From NCBI RefSeq assembly GCF_009914755.1, contig NC_060932.1: 64,000 nucleotides of DNA; one strand, 5' to 3'. A program made the position numbers and the translations under genes. Positions 26,875 through 40,366 of this stretch are shown in pieces. The notes beneath the pieces were generated by a model. It ran no database searches and was not told the DNA's origin. It saw only the letters and a list, made by a program, of their open reading frames with translations. The first letter of the stretch is position 1, and each line of letters opens with the position of its first letter. The DNA comes from the human T2T-CHM13v2.0 reference genome, Homo sapiens.

Positions 26875-29290
26875 CAGACATACCTTGGATATATTGCTGG
26901 TTCAATTCCAGAATGCTGCAATAAAGCAAATGTCACAATAGAGCAAGTGATACAAATTTCTGGATTTTCTGGTGCCTATAAGAGTTAGGTTTACGCTGTA
27001 GTTTCTCAGTGTGCAACGGTATTTTGTCTAAAAACAACAGTGTACATACTTTCCTTTAAAAACAAACTTTATTGCTAAAAAATGCTAATGATCATCTGAG
27101 TACTCAGCAAGTCCTAATCTTTTTGCTGATGGAAGGACTTGCCTCAATGTTGATGGCTGCTGACTGATCAGGGTGGTGGTTGCAGAAGGTTGCGGTGGCT
27201 GTGGCAACTTCTGAAAATAAGACAGAAATAAAGTTTGCTGCATCAATGGACTCTTCTTTTCACAAAATATTTCTCTGTAGCCTGTGAGGCTGCTTGATCA
27301 TCTTTTACCCACCACAAAACTTTTTTTTTTCAAAGTTAAAGTCAATCCTCTCAAACCTTGCCACTGCTTTATTAAGTTTATGAAATATTCCAAACCCTTT
27401 GTAGTCATCTCAATGAGGTTCACAGCATTTTCATCAGCAGTAGACTTCATTTCAAGAAACCGCTTTCTTTATTCACCCATAAGAAGCAACTCCTCGTTTA
27501 TTAAAGTTTTATCATGACACTGTAGCAATTCAGTCACATCTTAAGGCTCCACTTCTCGTTCGCCTGCTATTTCCACCACATCTGCAGTTATTTAATCTAC
27601 TGGAAGTTTCAAACCACTCAGCCACTCACGAAGGTTGGAATTAACATCTTCCAAATTCCTGTTCATGTTGATATCTTGACCTCCTCCTCCCACAAATCAT
27701 AAATGTTCTTAATGGCATCTAGAATGGTGAATCCTTTCCAGAAGGTTTTCAACTGACTTTGCCCAGATCCATCAGAGGAATCACTATCTATAGTGACTAC
27801 AGCTTTACACAATATATTCCTTCCAAAAAAGCTCAAAGTCAAAATTACTCCTCGATCCATGGTTTGCAGAATGGATATTGTGTTGGCGGGCATTAGAACT
27901 ACATCAGTCTTCTTGTACATCTCCATCAGAGCTCCCGGGTGACCAGGCGTCTTGTCAATGAGTAGCAGTAGTATTTTCAAAGAAATCCTTTTTTTTTTTT
28001 TTTTTTTTGCCTCTAAGCAGTAGGTCTTAATAGTGGGCTTAAAATAGTCAGTAAATCATGCTGTCAGCAGATGTGCTGTTATCTAGCCTTTGTAGTTCCA
28101 TTCCTAGAGCACAGGCAGAGTAGATTTAAGGATAATTCTGAAGGGCCGTAGGATTTTGAGAAGGGAAAATGAGCACTAACTTCAATTTAGTGTCACTAGC
28201 TGCATTAGCTCCTACCAAGGGTCAGCTTGTCCTTTCAAGCTTTAAGAAAAGGCGATGCCTCGTACTCTCTAGCTAAGAAAGTCCTAGACAGCATCTTTTT
28301 CCAATAGATGGCTATTTGGTTTACAGTGAAAATGTGTTGTTTAGTGTAGCTAGCTTTATCAATTATCCCAGCTAGATCTTCTGGATAACTCACTGCAGCT
28401 TCTACATCAGCACTTGCTGCTTCGTCTAGTACTTTTATGTTACGGAGATGGCTTCTTTTCTTAAACCTCATAAACCACCCTCGGCTAGCTTCCAGCTTTT
28501 TGGGTGCAGCTCCCTCACCTGTCTCAGCTTTCAGAGAATTGAAGAGAGTTAGAGCCTTGCTCTGGCTTCGGCTTAAGGAAACGTTGTGGCTGATTTGATC
28601 TTCTATCCAGACCATTAAAACTTTCTCTATATCAGAAATAAGGTGTTTTCCTTATTATTCATGTGTTCTATGAAGTAGCACTTTTAATTTCCTTCAAGAA
28701 CTTTTCATTGCATTCACAACTTGGCTGTTTGGTGCAAGAGGTCTAGCCTTCAGCGTATTTTGGCTTTCAACATGCCTTTCTCACCAAGTTTAATCCTTTC
28801 TAGAATTTTATTTAAAGTGAGAGACATGAGATTCTTCCTTTCATTTGAACATTTAGAGGCATTGCAGGGTTATTAACTGGCATAATCTCAATATTGTGTG
28901 TCTCAGGCAATAGGGAGGCCCGAGAAGAGGGAGAGAGAGGGGGAACAGCTGGTTTCATGGAGCAATCGGAACACACAAAACTTATTGATAAGGTTTGCCA
29001 CGTTATATGCGCATGGTTTATGGGGCCCCAAAACAATGACAATAGTAACATCAAAGATCTGGGACCACAGGTCACCATAACAGATATAACAGTAATGAAA
29101 AAGTCTGAAATATTGAGATAATGACTAAAATGTGACACAGAGACAAAAAGTGAGCACCTGTTATTGGAAACATGGCACCAACAGACTTGTTTGAGGCAGG
29201 GTTACCACAAATCTGTAATTTGAATAAAAAAAAAAACAGAGTATCTTCAAAGAGCAATAAAGCTAAGTGCAATAAAATGAGGTTTGCCTG
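26875..29290 (-). mobile_element. Full-length Tigger1 DNA transposon (TcMar-Tigger), decayed transposase
   Basis: Termini CAGACATACC... and ...GAGGTTTGCCTG followed by TA; 2416 bp. ORF remnant 28235-28615 is a CENP-B-type HTH region ([25 protein letters not shown]). Remnant 27663-27980 is the DDE region ([26 protein letters not shown]). Confidence 0.95.
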
Positions 29291-32200
29291 TAGCTCTGTA
29301 TTTCAGTTTACAGAGGGCTTATGAAGTGAAAAACAAGATTAAAGTACTGTAAACAAGCCCCTTTTGAGTTCAGGCAAATTTGTATTCCTGTGTAAAACAC
29401 CTTCAGAGAACAATTTACTCAAGAAAGTTGGTGTCTTTTTTCCTCCCCAAAACAAGGCTCAATGGATAACATCCAATGTTGCAAATATGGTGCTAAGAGA
29501 CCTCTGCTAAGATGAATATCACTTCCTTTAAAAGTTAAATATTGTACTGATATATGAATAAAAATATTGCTGTATCATCTCGATCAATTAAAGTATTAAC
29601 CACCATTCCATTTTTATTTAGATCTATGATTCTCCTTGTAATCACTTATACCTCCAATGTCTGTTATCATTTGATGCCATTCTTTGATCAAAGCTCATCC
29701 AAGTAACAGGCGCCCCACCATGCTCTTCACACCAGTAGCCACCAATATCCAGGGAATTACTTTGGTTTGTTTGTTTTAAGGTTTAAACCACAGAATTAGA
29801 ATGTCTCCAGGAATAGCTATTTGAAATCCAGGACCATTTCCTGAAGTCATCACTAATTTATAAAAGAGGCACCAAACAGACAGGGAGGGCACAAGACCAC
29901 CAGGGCAAGGGCTGTCTGAAGGGCACTGAAAGAACAACCAATGACCAGTGCACTTAGCTTCCATCCTGGGCTCCCTGACAATCGACCCACTGCTGGAGAA
30001 GGGACAACACACAGAAGAGCTTCCAGGAAACTGACCTTACAGGGCACATTTTCTACAGAGATGGCATTAGAAGGACACATAAGCAAAACCCAAGTGCTCC
30101 TGTGTGAGCCCCTCCTCACAGTCCCATCCTCAGCCCACTCCTCACCCTTGAGAGCCCTCTCATAACCACAGCTGCAAGTCTTACATCTAAAAGGGTGACT
30201 CCAAAGTCTCTCCAGTGACCTTCAGTCCCATATTCCCACCAGCACTTCACAAGTAACCCTCTCTCTCCTCCAATTCGACCTCTTTATATCTGATCACACT
30301 AGGTGTCCTCCTACCAACCTGCTGCTTCCCCCAACTCCAGTGCAGGGTTTCTTGCTCCAGCCAGTCACCCATGCTTGAACTCTCACAATCATTTTGACTC
30401 AGCCCCACGTGTCCTAGAGTCAAACATTCATCAAATCCTTGCATCTTTCTTTTTACCAGGCTATTTCTTATCTATTTTCTTATTATTCCTTAGACTCTTA
30501 GACTACTACAACACCCATGATAGGTTTAAAATAAATATCCACAAATTAGAACTTAGCAAAGTCTTACCACAAAACTGCACATTGGTTGATAAGGCTATTT
30601 CCATCTTACCAATAAGCAATCAGAAGTTCCACGAATGAAAAGACCTCCCCGAGAACAAGCTGCCAGAAAAGAGGATGGCTTCACCTCTTCTCTTCAGTCT
30701 CAACCCTCCAGGTTTATTCCACCTACCACAGTGCACTGTGCTTCATAGACAGAAAGTGATTTCTAAGGAAGCCCCGTAGTAAGGGTCCGATGCAGGACTT
30801 CTGTCCATGGCCGAGTGGCAGAATAACTTTTCTTTGGGTTACTACTGTCATTGGTATTCATTTGTATTTAATGAGCTCCTACTGTGTACCGGACATTGTT
30901 AGGCCACTTGACTTTCTTTTCTTGATTTTTGTTCCATCTGATTAATCTCGTTTCCTCCTCCTTCCTCCTTTACGAGATAGGTATTATTCATTTCATTTTA
31001 CGCTTGCAGAGGGTCCCAGATTTTATGTATTTATTCAAAAATACGCACCTAGAAAGTGAAACAATTCGAAACCAGGAATAAATGGCTCTGAGACCTAGAA
31101 GAGCCCCTAACCCACATCACTGAGCAGGAACTCCTTTGTGGTTTAAAAAAAAAAAAATCAAATCACCATTACACTACTTTGGAAAGAAGCCAGAAAGAGA
31201 AAAATGAGAACCTCTTTTTTGACTGAACAAATTTAAAATGTAAAAGAAAAGGATTAAAGAGATTACTGGAGCAACAGCAACAGGCTCATGAAGCCACAAG
31301 GCAGCAGACCTTCCCAGCACCAATGGCAGAAAAGAAGCCCGGAGCTCCGTGGGCAGCCAGATCTCTCCAATTTCACAACATGAAAATGTTGTTCTCTGTC
31401 ACCAGCTTCACTAATGTCACATTATTTTAAATTATTCTTTTAATATTTATATATTATATTAAAGTGACTTCAAGTTTAAACTGGGATGTTGAAACAGTTT
31501 TTCAAATCGCACTTCAACAAATTTCTACTTCTTATTTCACATGAATTCTTCCTAAGCGGACAAACAATACAGATAGAGAAAAACTGAGGAAGAAAGAGAA
31601 TAATTTCCAAACACTGCATTCCATTTGAGAAGGAGGAGAAAGAAATAAGAGCAAGGCAAAAAAAAAAAAAAAAATCCCCACAAATATCAAATTCAGAGTG
31701 GGCTGAAGACAGACTGAAGCGCTTCCCTCAGGCAGATCAGCTGCACGCAGATGTAATTCACCTGTTCTGCCATACCCGTTAGTATCCCGAGCAAGATCTG
31801 AAAGGAAAACTTGGAAGCTTAGATATAAAATAGATCATCACGCTACAAAGGTTATTTCAAAAAGCAGCTTCATATATTTCAAAGAACCAAAAAAGAAGTT
31901 CCTGCCATGTCACGGTATTTGCTATTTCTTTTTCTCCTGTCCAAACCCAAGTTCAATGGAAATGGACAATATCCAGCTAATGGTCACAGTGACAACACTT
32001 GTGCCTTAAGAACTTACTGATTGAAGTTGTGGTCATCTGCTGATAAGCCGGCGAGCGAGAAGCACTCAGACACAAAGGAACCCATTGAAACGTGTATAAT
32101 TGTAAGTCTCTAATTATCCTTTCTAATTTTGGAGCCATGTGACAGGACTTCACACAGCACCGCTGACCCCCGGTCAGCCTGAGGGCCATGTAGCTGGGCT

Positions 32201-32331
32201 ACATGGGGAGGGGATGCTCCTCTTTGCTTCTTCATTGATATATTGTGTTCCATGCAGAGGCTGAGCTGTTTCCGGCTGACATGTGGCTCACTCATCAACA
32301 GGCAGGCAGAGCAAGCACCTGGGAGAATGCA

Positions 32332-32410
32332 TTAGGCTGGTGCAAAAGTAATTGCAGTATTGCCATTGAAAGTAATGACAAAAACCTTAATTATGTTTGT
32401 GACAATCTAA
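32332..32410. mobile_element. MADE1 (Hsmar1-derived MITE)
   Basis: ttaggctggtgcaaaagtaattgc...aattatgtttgtgacaatctaa followed by TA; about 80 bp and palindromic. Confidence 0.88.
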
Positions 32411-32959
32411 TAGTCCATCCAGATTTATTCCAGGATTTTAAGAGGCTTTTCACCTTACACAGAGTGAGCCGCTTGATGTCACAAAGGTATTTAATACTTT
32501 TAAAGACAAATAGACACGCACTCAAAAAAAAAACTGTCTTTCCCAACTGCATACTAGAATATTATAGATTTGGAATATTTTCTTCTTTGACTTGAGTAGA
32601 GAGAGTAACAGGGAAGAACAGTGTCCCTCTGGCCGCCAAAGGATGGCTGAGCCCAAGACTGGAAGGCATTCCTGAGAGAAGGAACTAAGTGCTACAACAC
32701 CACAATCAGCCTTCCCAACCTCTTGCACCTTTCTTTAAAAGAGCAATTCAGCCGAGAACAGTGTCATCCTGTGCTCAAAAAAAAAAATCACTGTCCAATA
32801 CCGCCACTGAAATAATCTTTAATGACAAAGTAAAGACAGATCTTGAAACAGAAAAGGATTTAAGTAAATCTAGGCAATAGCAAAGCAAATACATTTTTGT
32901 TTTGTTGAAGATATCTGGTCTTGTTCTAGATCTACCATGAAATCATTACCACTTGGTCC

Positions 32960-33150
32960 AGTTCAGCATAGCTCAGTAAGAGCACGGGCTCTGGAGGCTG
33001 ACTGCCTGTGTTCGAGGGCTGAGTATGCCACTTACCATCTGTGTGACCTTTAGCAAGTTACTCAACCTCTCTGTACCTCAGTTTCCTTATTCGGAAAATT
33101 AGAACACTAATAGTTCCTTTCTTCCCCCTATAGCTCATTATGAGAACGAA
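32960..33150 (+). mobile_element. MIR
   Basis: gccacttaccatctgtgtgacctttagcaagttactcaacctctctgtacctcagtttcct core. Confidence 0.8.
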
Positions 33151-33989
33151 GCATCATGTGTTTACTAAATAAATCAAACCTATGGGCCACATATGACACA
33201 CAATTATGTTCAGAGACTAGCTAAAGTAATAATATTTTTTACAAGCTAGCGACTAACACTTTATACATTAAAATCAATATTTAATTTCCTTGGTTCATGT
33301 CTACCAAATATCAAGGAGGCGCGATCAGGGGAGAATTCATTAGTCTTATTCCTTTTCTTTTAAGCCTTCCTCAGAGCTCACTTTATGCAATGTACTCAGA
33401 CCCCCACCACTAGCAAGGAAGCAGGAGAGGCGAGTGAACACAGATGGAATGGAGGCATGGCCACTGCTTTTATTTATGACTTTTCTTTTGTAAATATATT
33501 AATACAATGGGAAATTTTTTTTCCTTTAATTCTAACACTTGGGCCCTCAGTGCTTGGCTGAAGGACAGGCTTAATACCTCAATGTCCACTTCCTTGCCTC
33601 GGCAGAGGGATGTTTTAACGCAGATGAAATTTTAAAAGGCCAGCTCACTGATTGCTTTAAAAATGTGTGGAAACGTGTGTATTATTGACCTGGTAAATTT
33701 TCCTTCAAATTGAATGCATACACCACCACCGACAACAACAACAAGCAGCTCTACATTTAGAACTTAGTTTCTTGAAAACAGACCATCTCAGACTTCCGGC
33801 TTTATCAACACATGGCATGAGAGAAATCCGATCAAAAGAAGAATAACAAAATAAAAGACCCAACACCTAGCACAGTGAATGAATCCGGCCTAGGAGCCAG
33901 ACAACTTGAATTCTACTACGGTATCTGTCACAAGACAGCCACGTGGCTTTGGGTAAGATATCCCACCAAACTGGAATACAGATTCTACG

Positions 33990-33990
<1 letters not shown>

Positions 33991-34046
<56 letters not shown>

Positions 34047-34048
34047 TT
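33991..34048. repeat. (TA)n followed by poly(T) compound microsatellite
   Basis: About 19 TA units directly followed by about 20 T. Confidence 0.95.
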
Positions 34049-35619
34049 AAAGGCTATCTGAGGCCCCTTCAAGTAGTAAAATGTTCTCATTCTCTAACCC
34101 ACAATAGTAACACAATTCTTCTTTGGTTACAACTTCTCCAAATCAGCAAGGAAGGTAGAAGGGAGTAAAGAAAAATATGGGTTTTTCAGTTTCCTTAAAA
34201 TTTCTTAGGATCATTAAACCTGCCCTACCTTTTAACCTTGAATAGAGACATACATCACAAAATAAAGCTTCCTCCACCTGTAACCACTTATTATCATATG
34301 CCAACCTCAAATAACACAAAATGGGGGAGTCCTGCCAAGCTTGTCTGTCCAAGCCACTGGCAGTGCTCAGCACATGGTAGGATGACCACCAATCAGGAAT
34401 TGTACAGTAGGAGTGCCCAGACTCGGGGAGAGGCAAGCTGGCGCGTCTCCAAGGTGCTTGTCACTCACCACTAGAACGTGGTCCTTTACCACTAGACAAG
34501 ATCTCCTGGTTTGACAATGCAGGTGACACAGCTGAAACTTTATCTCAACACGGCCTGAAGAATACCACTGTCTAAATATGAGATGCTAAAATACTATGAC
34601 CTACTCTAATATTCTCTCCCAACTCTGTCCATCCTCGTGACTGGCACCCATGCTGGCCCAAATGATGACAACCTCCTGTTCTAAGTGCACAAGCTGCACA
34701 TTTAATAAACCTTTCACCCAGTTCCTTCACTGGTGTTCATCTCTCGGCTTCACTTACAACCACTCCCTGTGGCTTTTGCAGTGAAGCCCCTTAGCCCAAA
34801 ACTCTTCCACTCCCCAAACCATGTTTGGTCTGTAATATAAACAACTTCCACTCACCCTAGAAAACTGAGTGGGAATTTCAGTGCAATTATCTGCATACCT
34901 TTCCTACAGCGTTTTATCACAATTTGCAGTCCTCAGAGACGAAGGTGAAAGGGGAGGACTAAGGTGGCACCCTCCACTGAGGAGCACCGCCTCACGGGGA
35001 CACTGCTTTCAGGAATGCCTCCTCGCCAGTACTCTTCCACTGAGAGACACTCTGATCTCAGAGATACAAGAAGTCTAGATGTGGACTAACCAGGCAACCA
35101 GTTCATATGCACACACTTACCCAGGCTCTGCTTTGTACCATGTCCTGTGCGAGGTGCTTTAGTCTCTATTAACCCTTTAAATCTCACAGCCTCACAACAC
35201 ACTGGATCATTAACCCCATTTCGCAAATAAATAAATCCAGTTTCAGAGAACGTAAGTGGCTTGCCCAAGTACTTCAGACCAAAGTCTTGTGGTTTTGACA
35301 CCTTGTTCTTTTTATTCTCACTGTGACCCAGTAAGACAACCAATATCCACAATCCATATTCACAAGAAAATGCATAGCTACAATGTCACAAGGAGCCAAT
35401 CCTGAATTTGCTCATCTAATGAACTATAAACCTTCAAACTGGTTATAGAAAATGCTCAGCACAGGGCAGACTGCTCAAAAAGAGAGGTCCATTGAAAACC
35501 TGTAATATTAATACTGGCTTTTTTTTTTTTAACAAAAAACACTGGTATTATTTAATACAGCTTTAAACAGCTTTAAAATAGTTGATCACCATTTAACACC
35601 TCCCACCAGCTCCACACAA

Positions 35620-35655
<36 letters not shown>

Positions 35656-36411
35656 ATACCAAAACAAAATTCATAAAATTGTCACAGGTAGATAACCTGA
35701 GGATGACGAGCATGAAGAAATGAAACGCTGGATAATCCATAAATAGTCGCGGAATCCCCAAATAACAGGCATGGTGGATACAACGTACATAATTTGTCAT
35801 TTTATCTCCCAGATAGATTAAAAATCCTAAAGTAGAGAGAGAAAATAAATACGGAGCCTAGACCAAGATATCAGCTCTCTCAAGCATCTGTCTAATCGGA
35901 TCCTTCCTTCAACACGTCAGGAACAGGAAGACAGAACAGGAACTCTCAGAGCAAAGGGCTGGAAGAGACTTTGCTGACTGTATAGTCCACCACTTTAATT
36001 TCCAATGAAGGAATCTCTGAGCTAATCAAACAATCTTCTTGAAGTCTTCAACCACCCTCAGTGCCAGACTAAAGCTACGATCTCTCAGTGTTCGTTTCAC
36101 AGCACCACGTCTCTGCCATCATCGGAGCTGATAACCTCACTCATCATCCCCAAATATTTGTTTGGTATCCAATTTATATATAGTCATCCAGGAAATCCCA
36201 CAGACTAAAATGATCACAGTGTGCCAATGTGACAAACCACTAAGGTGTGTCTTTCCTGCCCTAAAACTCAAATTACTTTTTACTCACATCATTTGCTTAT
36301 GTCCACAGAAATTGGCCAAATGATTTAAATATATATTCCACACTCAGATTTCCCAGAAAAGAAATCCTACAAAAACCACCAGCATGAAATGAATGAGAAT
36401 GGGACGAGTAC

Positions 36412-36807
36412 CTTCCCCAGAAAGCAATCTCCGGGGTGCCTTTCGTGTAGATGGAGTCGCTGGCATCATTCAGCCCATTGGTGACGCCACTAGAATAGCC
36501 CATCACGATGCCACCATCTGCAGACACACTCAGGATATCCTGATGTCCTCCCCCTGATGTCCTCTCCAAGAACTGACCACCTTCTTTAATGCGCTGTTGT
36601 ATCATTGGAGTGAGGGGCATTTCAAAGCTAAAATAGCTATCAGGCTCTGAGTATAGTGTCTCCAGGGACTCTGCACTGTAGTATAAAGAAGTGTTGTCCA
36701 AAATGGTTTCAAACTGGGAGCTGTACACGTCGGTGGAGTCCTCCGTATATCCAGGCCCAAGGATGTCTTCATCTTCCCCCTTAACGTGCTCCTCTTGTTC
36801 GCTGATC
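36412..36807 (-). CDS. PSD3: PSD3 coding exon (exon 4, 396 bp, about aa 413-545)
   Basis: Acceptor tttccag|GATCAGC completes the split Arg codon from the previous exon. It reads ISEQEEHVKGEDEDILGPGYTEDSTDVYSSQFETILDN...TKGTPEIAFWG. Donor is GGAAG|gtactc at 36412. Confidence 0.95.
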
Positions 36808-37297
36808 CTGGAAAGTAAATAAGAGTGAAGAATTCCAATATTAGGTTAATGTCTTTATTTCTCCCACTTCAACCATATAAAAAGGACAACATTCTGAAGA
36901 TCTAACTCTTCTATTCATTGACTTATATCTTAACATATTTGGGAAGGAAGCTATGAAATATAATCAGGTTGAAAAATTCTTGGCATGCATGTGGCTAGGA
37001 CACTATAAATACTTTAATAAAGTTTCAAACTAGTTTCCTAATGTGTGAATACATCTGGTCCAATGAAGATATGAATAAAATATTCAATTCTCATTTTAGC
37101 CAAATATACCGTACACATTCAGATTATTTGCAACTACCAGCATTCCTAATTATAACAGAAGCAGATAAATATATCATGGAAACTTGATACGGCAAAATTT
37201 CAGTAAAAATACACCAAACTTTCATCAGTTGATTAATACTTTCTGATTTAAATAAGGCCAAATGCTCTCAAGCAGATGACTGCATCAGAAGCCAAGA

Positions 37298-37331
37298 GCT
37301 GCCCCCTGCTGACAACAGAGCAGCACTGCAG
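37298..37331 (-). promoter_or_regulatory. Candidate CTCF site (core plus upstream motif)
   Basis: Minus strand CTGCAGTgctgctctgTTGTCAGCAGGGGGCAGC. Confidence 0.6.
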
Positions 37332-37881
37332 AGAGATTTCACGTCCAAAATTAGATAGCCAATTAACGGCCTAACAAAAAGGCAACAGAAGCAAGGCTAA
37401 CCAAAGCTTTGAGAGATTAGAAACAGCTCAAAAGTCAACATACAGGGTAGGGCATTCACTTTGGCACACAAACGTGAACAATTAATATGCAGCATGTTCT
37501 ACAAATATTAAAAACGAACATTAGGATAACTAAGTAAAATTAAAAACTTGGGAGATAGATCACTACTAAGAGCAAGAGGTCAAGAGTTAGAAAAACCAGA
37601 AGCTGAATTTTGGCTGTCTCAATTACTAGCTATATCACTTGAAGCAACTTTACTTAACCTCTCTGAGCCTCAGATTCCTACAAATAGGAATAAAATAGAA
37701 TTAGGAATTATCTATTAAGCATCTCATAAGTCATCCACATTCCCAGGTATTACTGGAATCCACATTCAGCATTGCAATTGGTTTGTTGTTTTTAAATACT
37801 GAAGGTCACCCATGGGACCAAATGCTTGTTCTTAATGGCTTTCCACTGCACTTGGCATAAACTGGACCGTTCCTAAGATGA

Positions 37882-38239
<358 letters not shown>

Positions 38240-39200
38240 TAGCCACACAGGGAGAGTTTCAAATCTTCAAGCCTGGCACAGGCCTTGGCTTCACACATCT
38301 GCAGGAAGCACACACTAGTCAGGGAGCTCAGCAGCCTCCTGTGCACATGCTGTTCCCTCTAGCTGGAACATTCTTCCTACCCCTTCTCTGGCTGGCAAAC
38401 TCTTTCCTTCCTCACGTCTCAGTGTAATTTCCATTTCCACAGAAAAGCTTTGTCCAAGCCATCAACTAAACTGGCCTCTTCCCTCCATCCAAATTATTCA
38501 TTCTTGTAGGTCTCTGTTCTTTCCTTCACAGAACCTAGCACACTTTGTGATCCTATACCTATTAGCATGTTTATGTGATCAATGTTTATCTTCAGTGGTA
38601 AATTCCATGAGGACAGTATCCGTGAGCCACATCTATTTTGACCATTCCTTTACGCCCAGCATCTTGCAGTGTCAGGACATAGGAGACAATTGAAAATATT
38701 TGTGGGAAGAAAAGAGGAATGAATTATTAATCTGAACAACAGTAAAAGTGCATATTCCAGTGGGAATATAAACACTGGGCCACATGCCACATATCAAGGC
38801 CGCTTTGGAGGGAAGTCTGGAGAGCTGATGGGTTGGGGAGGGGAGTGGGAAGGATCCTGCCAGCGATCCCAAAGGAGCACCACTCTCAGTGGGTTTTTTA
38901 ACTGCAGAGGAAAAGGCATTTCCTTACACCGAACAAAAAAACAAAAAACAACCCTCGGCCTTGACACAGATGCTCTCCCGTATAAACTATAAAATGTGGT
39001 GTCATGAGGGCTGACAGAAGAAAAGATGGTACCAATTAGAAGTACAGTACACAACAAATGACTACGATCAAAGGGAGTGCAGAAAGATGGGTCACGTCTG
39101 CCATTTATCCAGGGTCTAAGCTGGTGTAGATGTCAGAAATGCAGGGAAAGACCAGGAAATACCACATGATGTCAAGTTTCGATCATAAAGGCCATAAATC

Positions 39201-39433
39201 TCATAAGTAGGAGTTAAACAATGAGAACATATGGGCACAGGGAGGGGAATATCACCCACCGGGCCCTGTCGGGGTGTTGGGGGCTAAGGGAGGGATGGCA
39301 TTAGGAGAAATACCTAATGTAGATGACGGGTTGATGGGTGCAGCAAACCACCATGGCACATGTATACTTATGTAACAAACCTGCACGTTCTGCACATGTA
39401 CCCCAGAACCTAAAGTATAATTTACAAAAAAAA
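39201..39433 (+). mobile_element. 5'-truncated L1PA 3' end
   Basis: L1PA 3'UTR (aacaatgagaacat..gcagcaaaccaccatggcacatgtatac..aacctgcacgttctgcacatgtaccccagaac), poly(A) and a 14-bp TSD aaaggccataaatc. Confidence 0.93.
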
Positions 39434-39558
39434 AAAGGCCATAAATCAAAATATATGCTACTTGTGAGAAGAAGAAATTCCCATGTGAATACCAGGGAAC
39501 AACTGAATTATAAAATCTACTTCTGACCCCCTGAGATGTCATTTCAAAACATAGGAAG

Positions 39559-39861
39559 GGCCCGGCACAGTGGCTCACACCTGTAATCCCACCACTTAGG
39601 GAGGCCAAGGTGGGAGGATCACTTGATGCGAGGAGTTTGAAACAGCCTGGGCAACAAAGTGGGACCCCATCTCTACAAAGAGTACAAAAGTTGGCCAGGT
39701 GTGGTGGTGCACACCTGTAGTCCCAGCTACTCAGAGGGCTGAGGTGGGAGGATCTCTTGAGCCTGGAAGGTCAAGGCCGCAGTGAGCCATGATCACACCA
39801 CCATACTCCGGCCCGGGGGACAGAACAAGACCCTGTCTCTGTATAAATAAATAAACAAACA
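39559..39861 (+). mobile_element. AluJ
   Basis: Dimeric Alu with J-type gaggatc..ttgagcc motif. Confidence 0.88.
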
Positions 39862-40366
39862 AACACAGGAAATTGAGTGGGCCAAGAACCTCTGTGTTCA
39901 TACATGTATGTCGGCTGGACTGAAGGCATTGGTGTTATACCCAGAAGAAATGCCAAGGTTGGAAGTACCAGCTATATAGGGTGTGTCAAAAGAGTCCAAA
40001 CCTTTTCATATTACTAAAGATGACTGTGGGGTATGTTAGTTACCTTGACGTTGGGAAACTTGAAATCTGTCAAATGTTAAGAAAATGTCAGAAAAGAATT
40101 CACAGTTTAGTGTTCACAGTCTCTTCAGAACTCTGTTTCCCTGGTCCATGCCTAACGGATGACTTTATAACGAGATCACTTTAATATCTGAGAAGCTTAG
40201 GAGGAATCTTAGCTTAGAAGGACCTAGCTCACAGTAACTCATCTTATATTCCATGATAACAAGAACCCAAGGTATTGTGATTGAGTTCTCATATCAAGTA
40301 CAGGATAACAGTTTTCTATGATATGTACCAGGCATCTGAGACAGCAGGGCTACTATGGGAGCTCAC

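Noticed and set aside
27663-28615. Active or domesticated transposase gene
   Set aside because: The ORF is fragmented by stops and frameshifts and key motifs are degraded.
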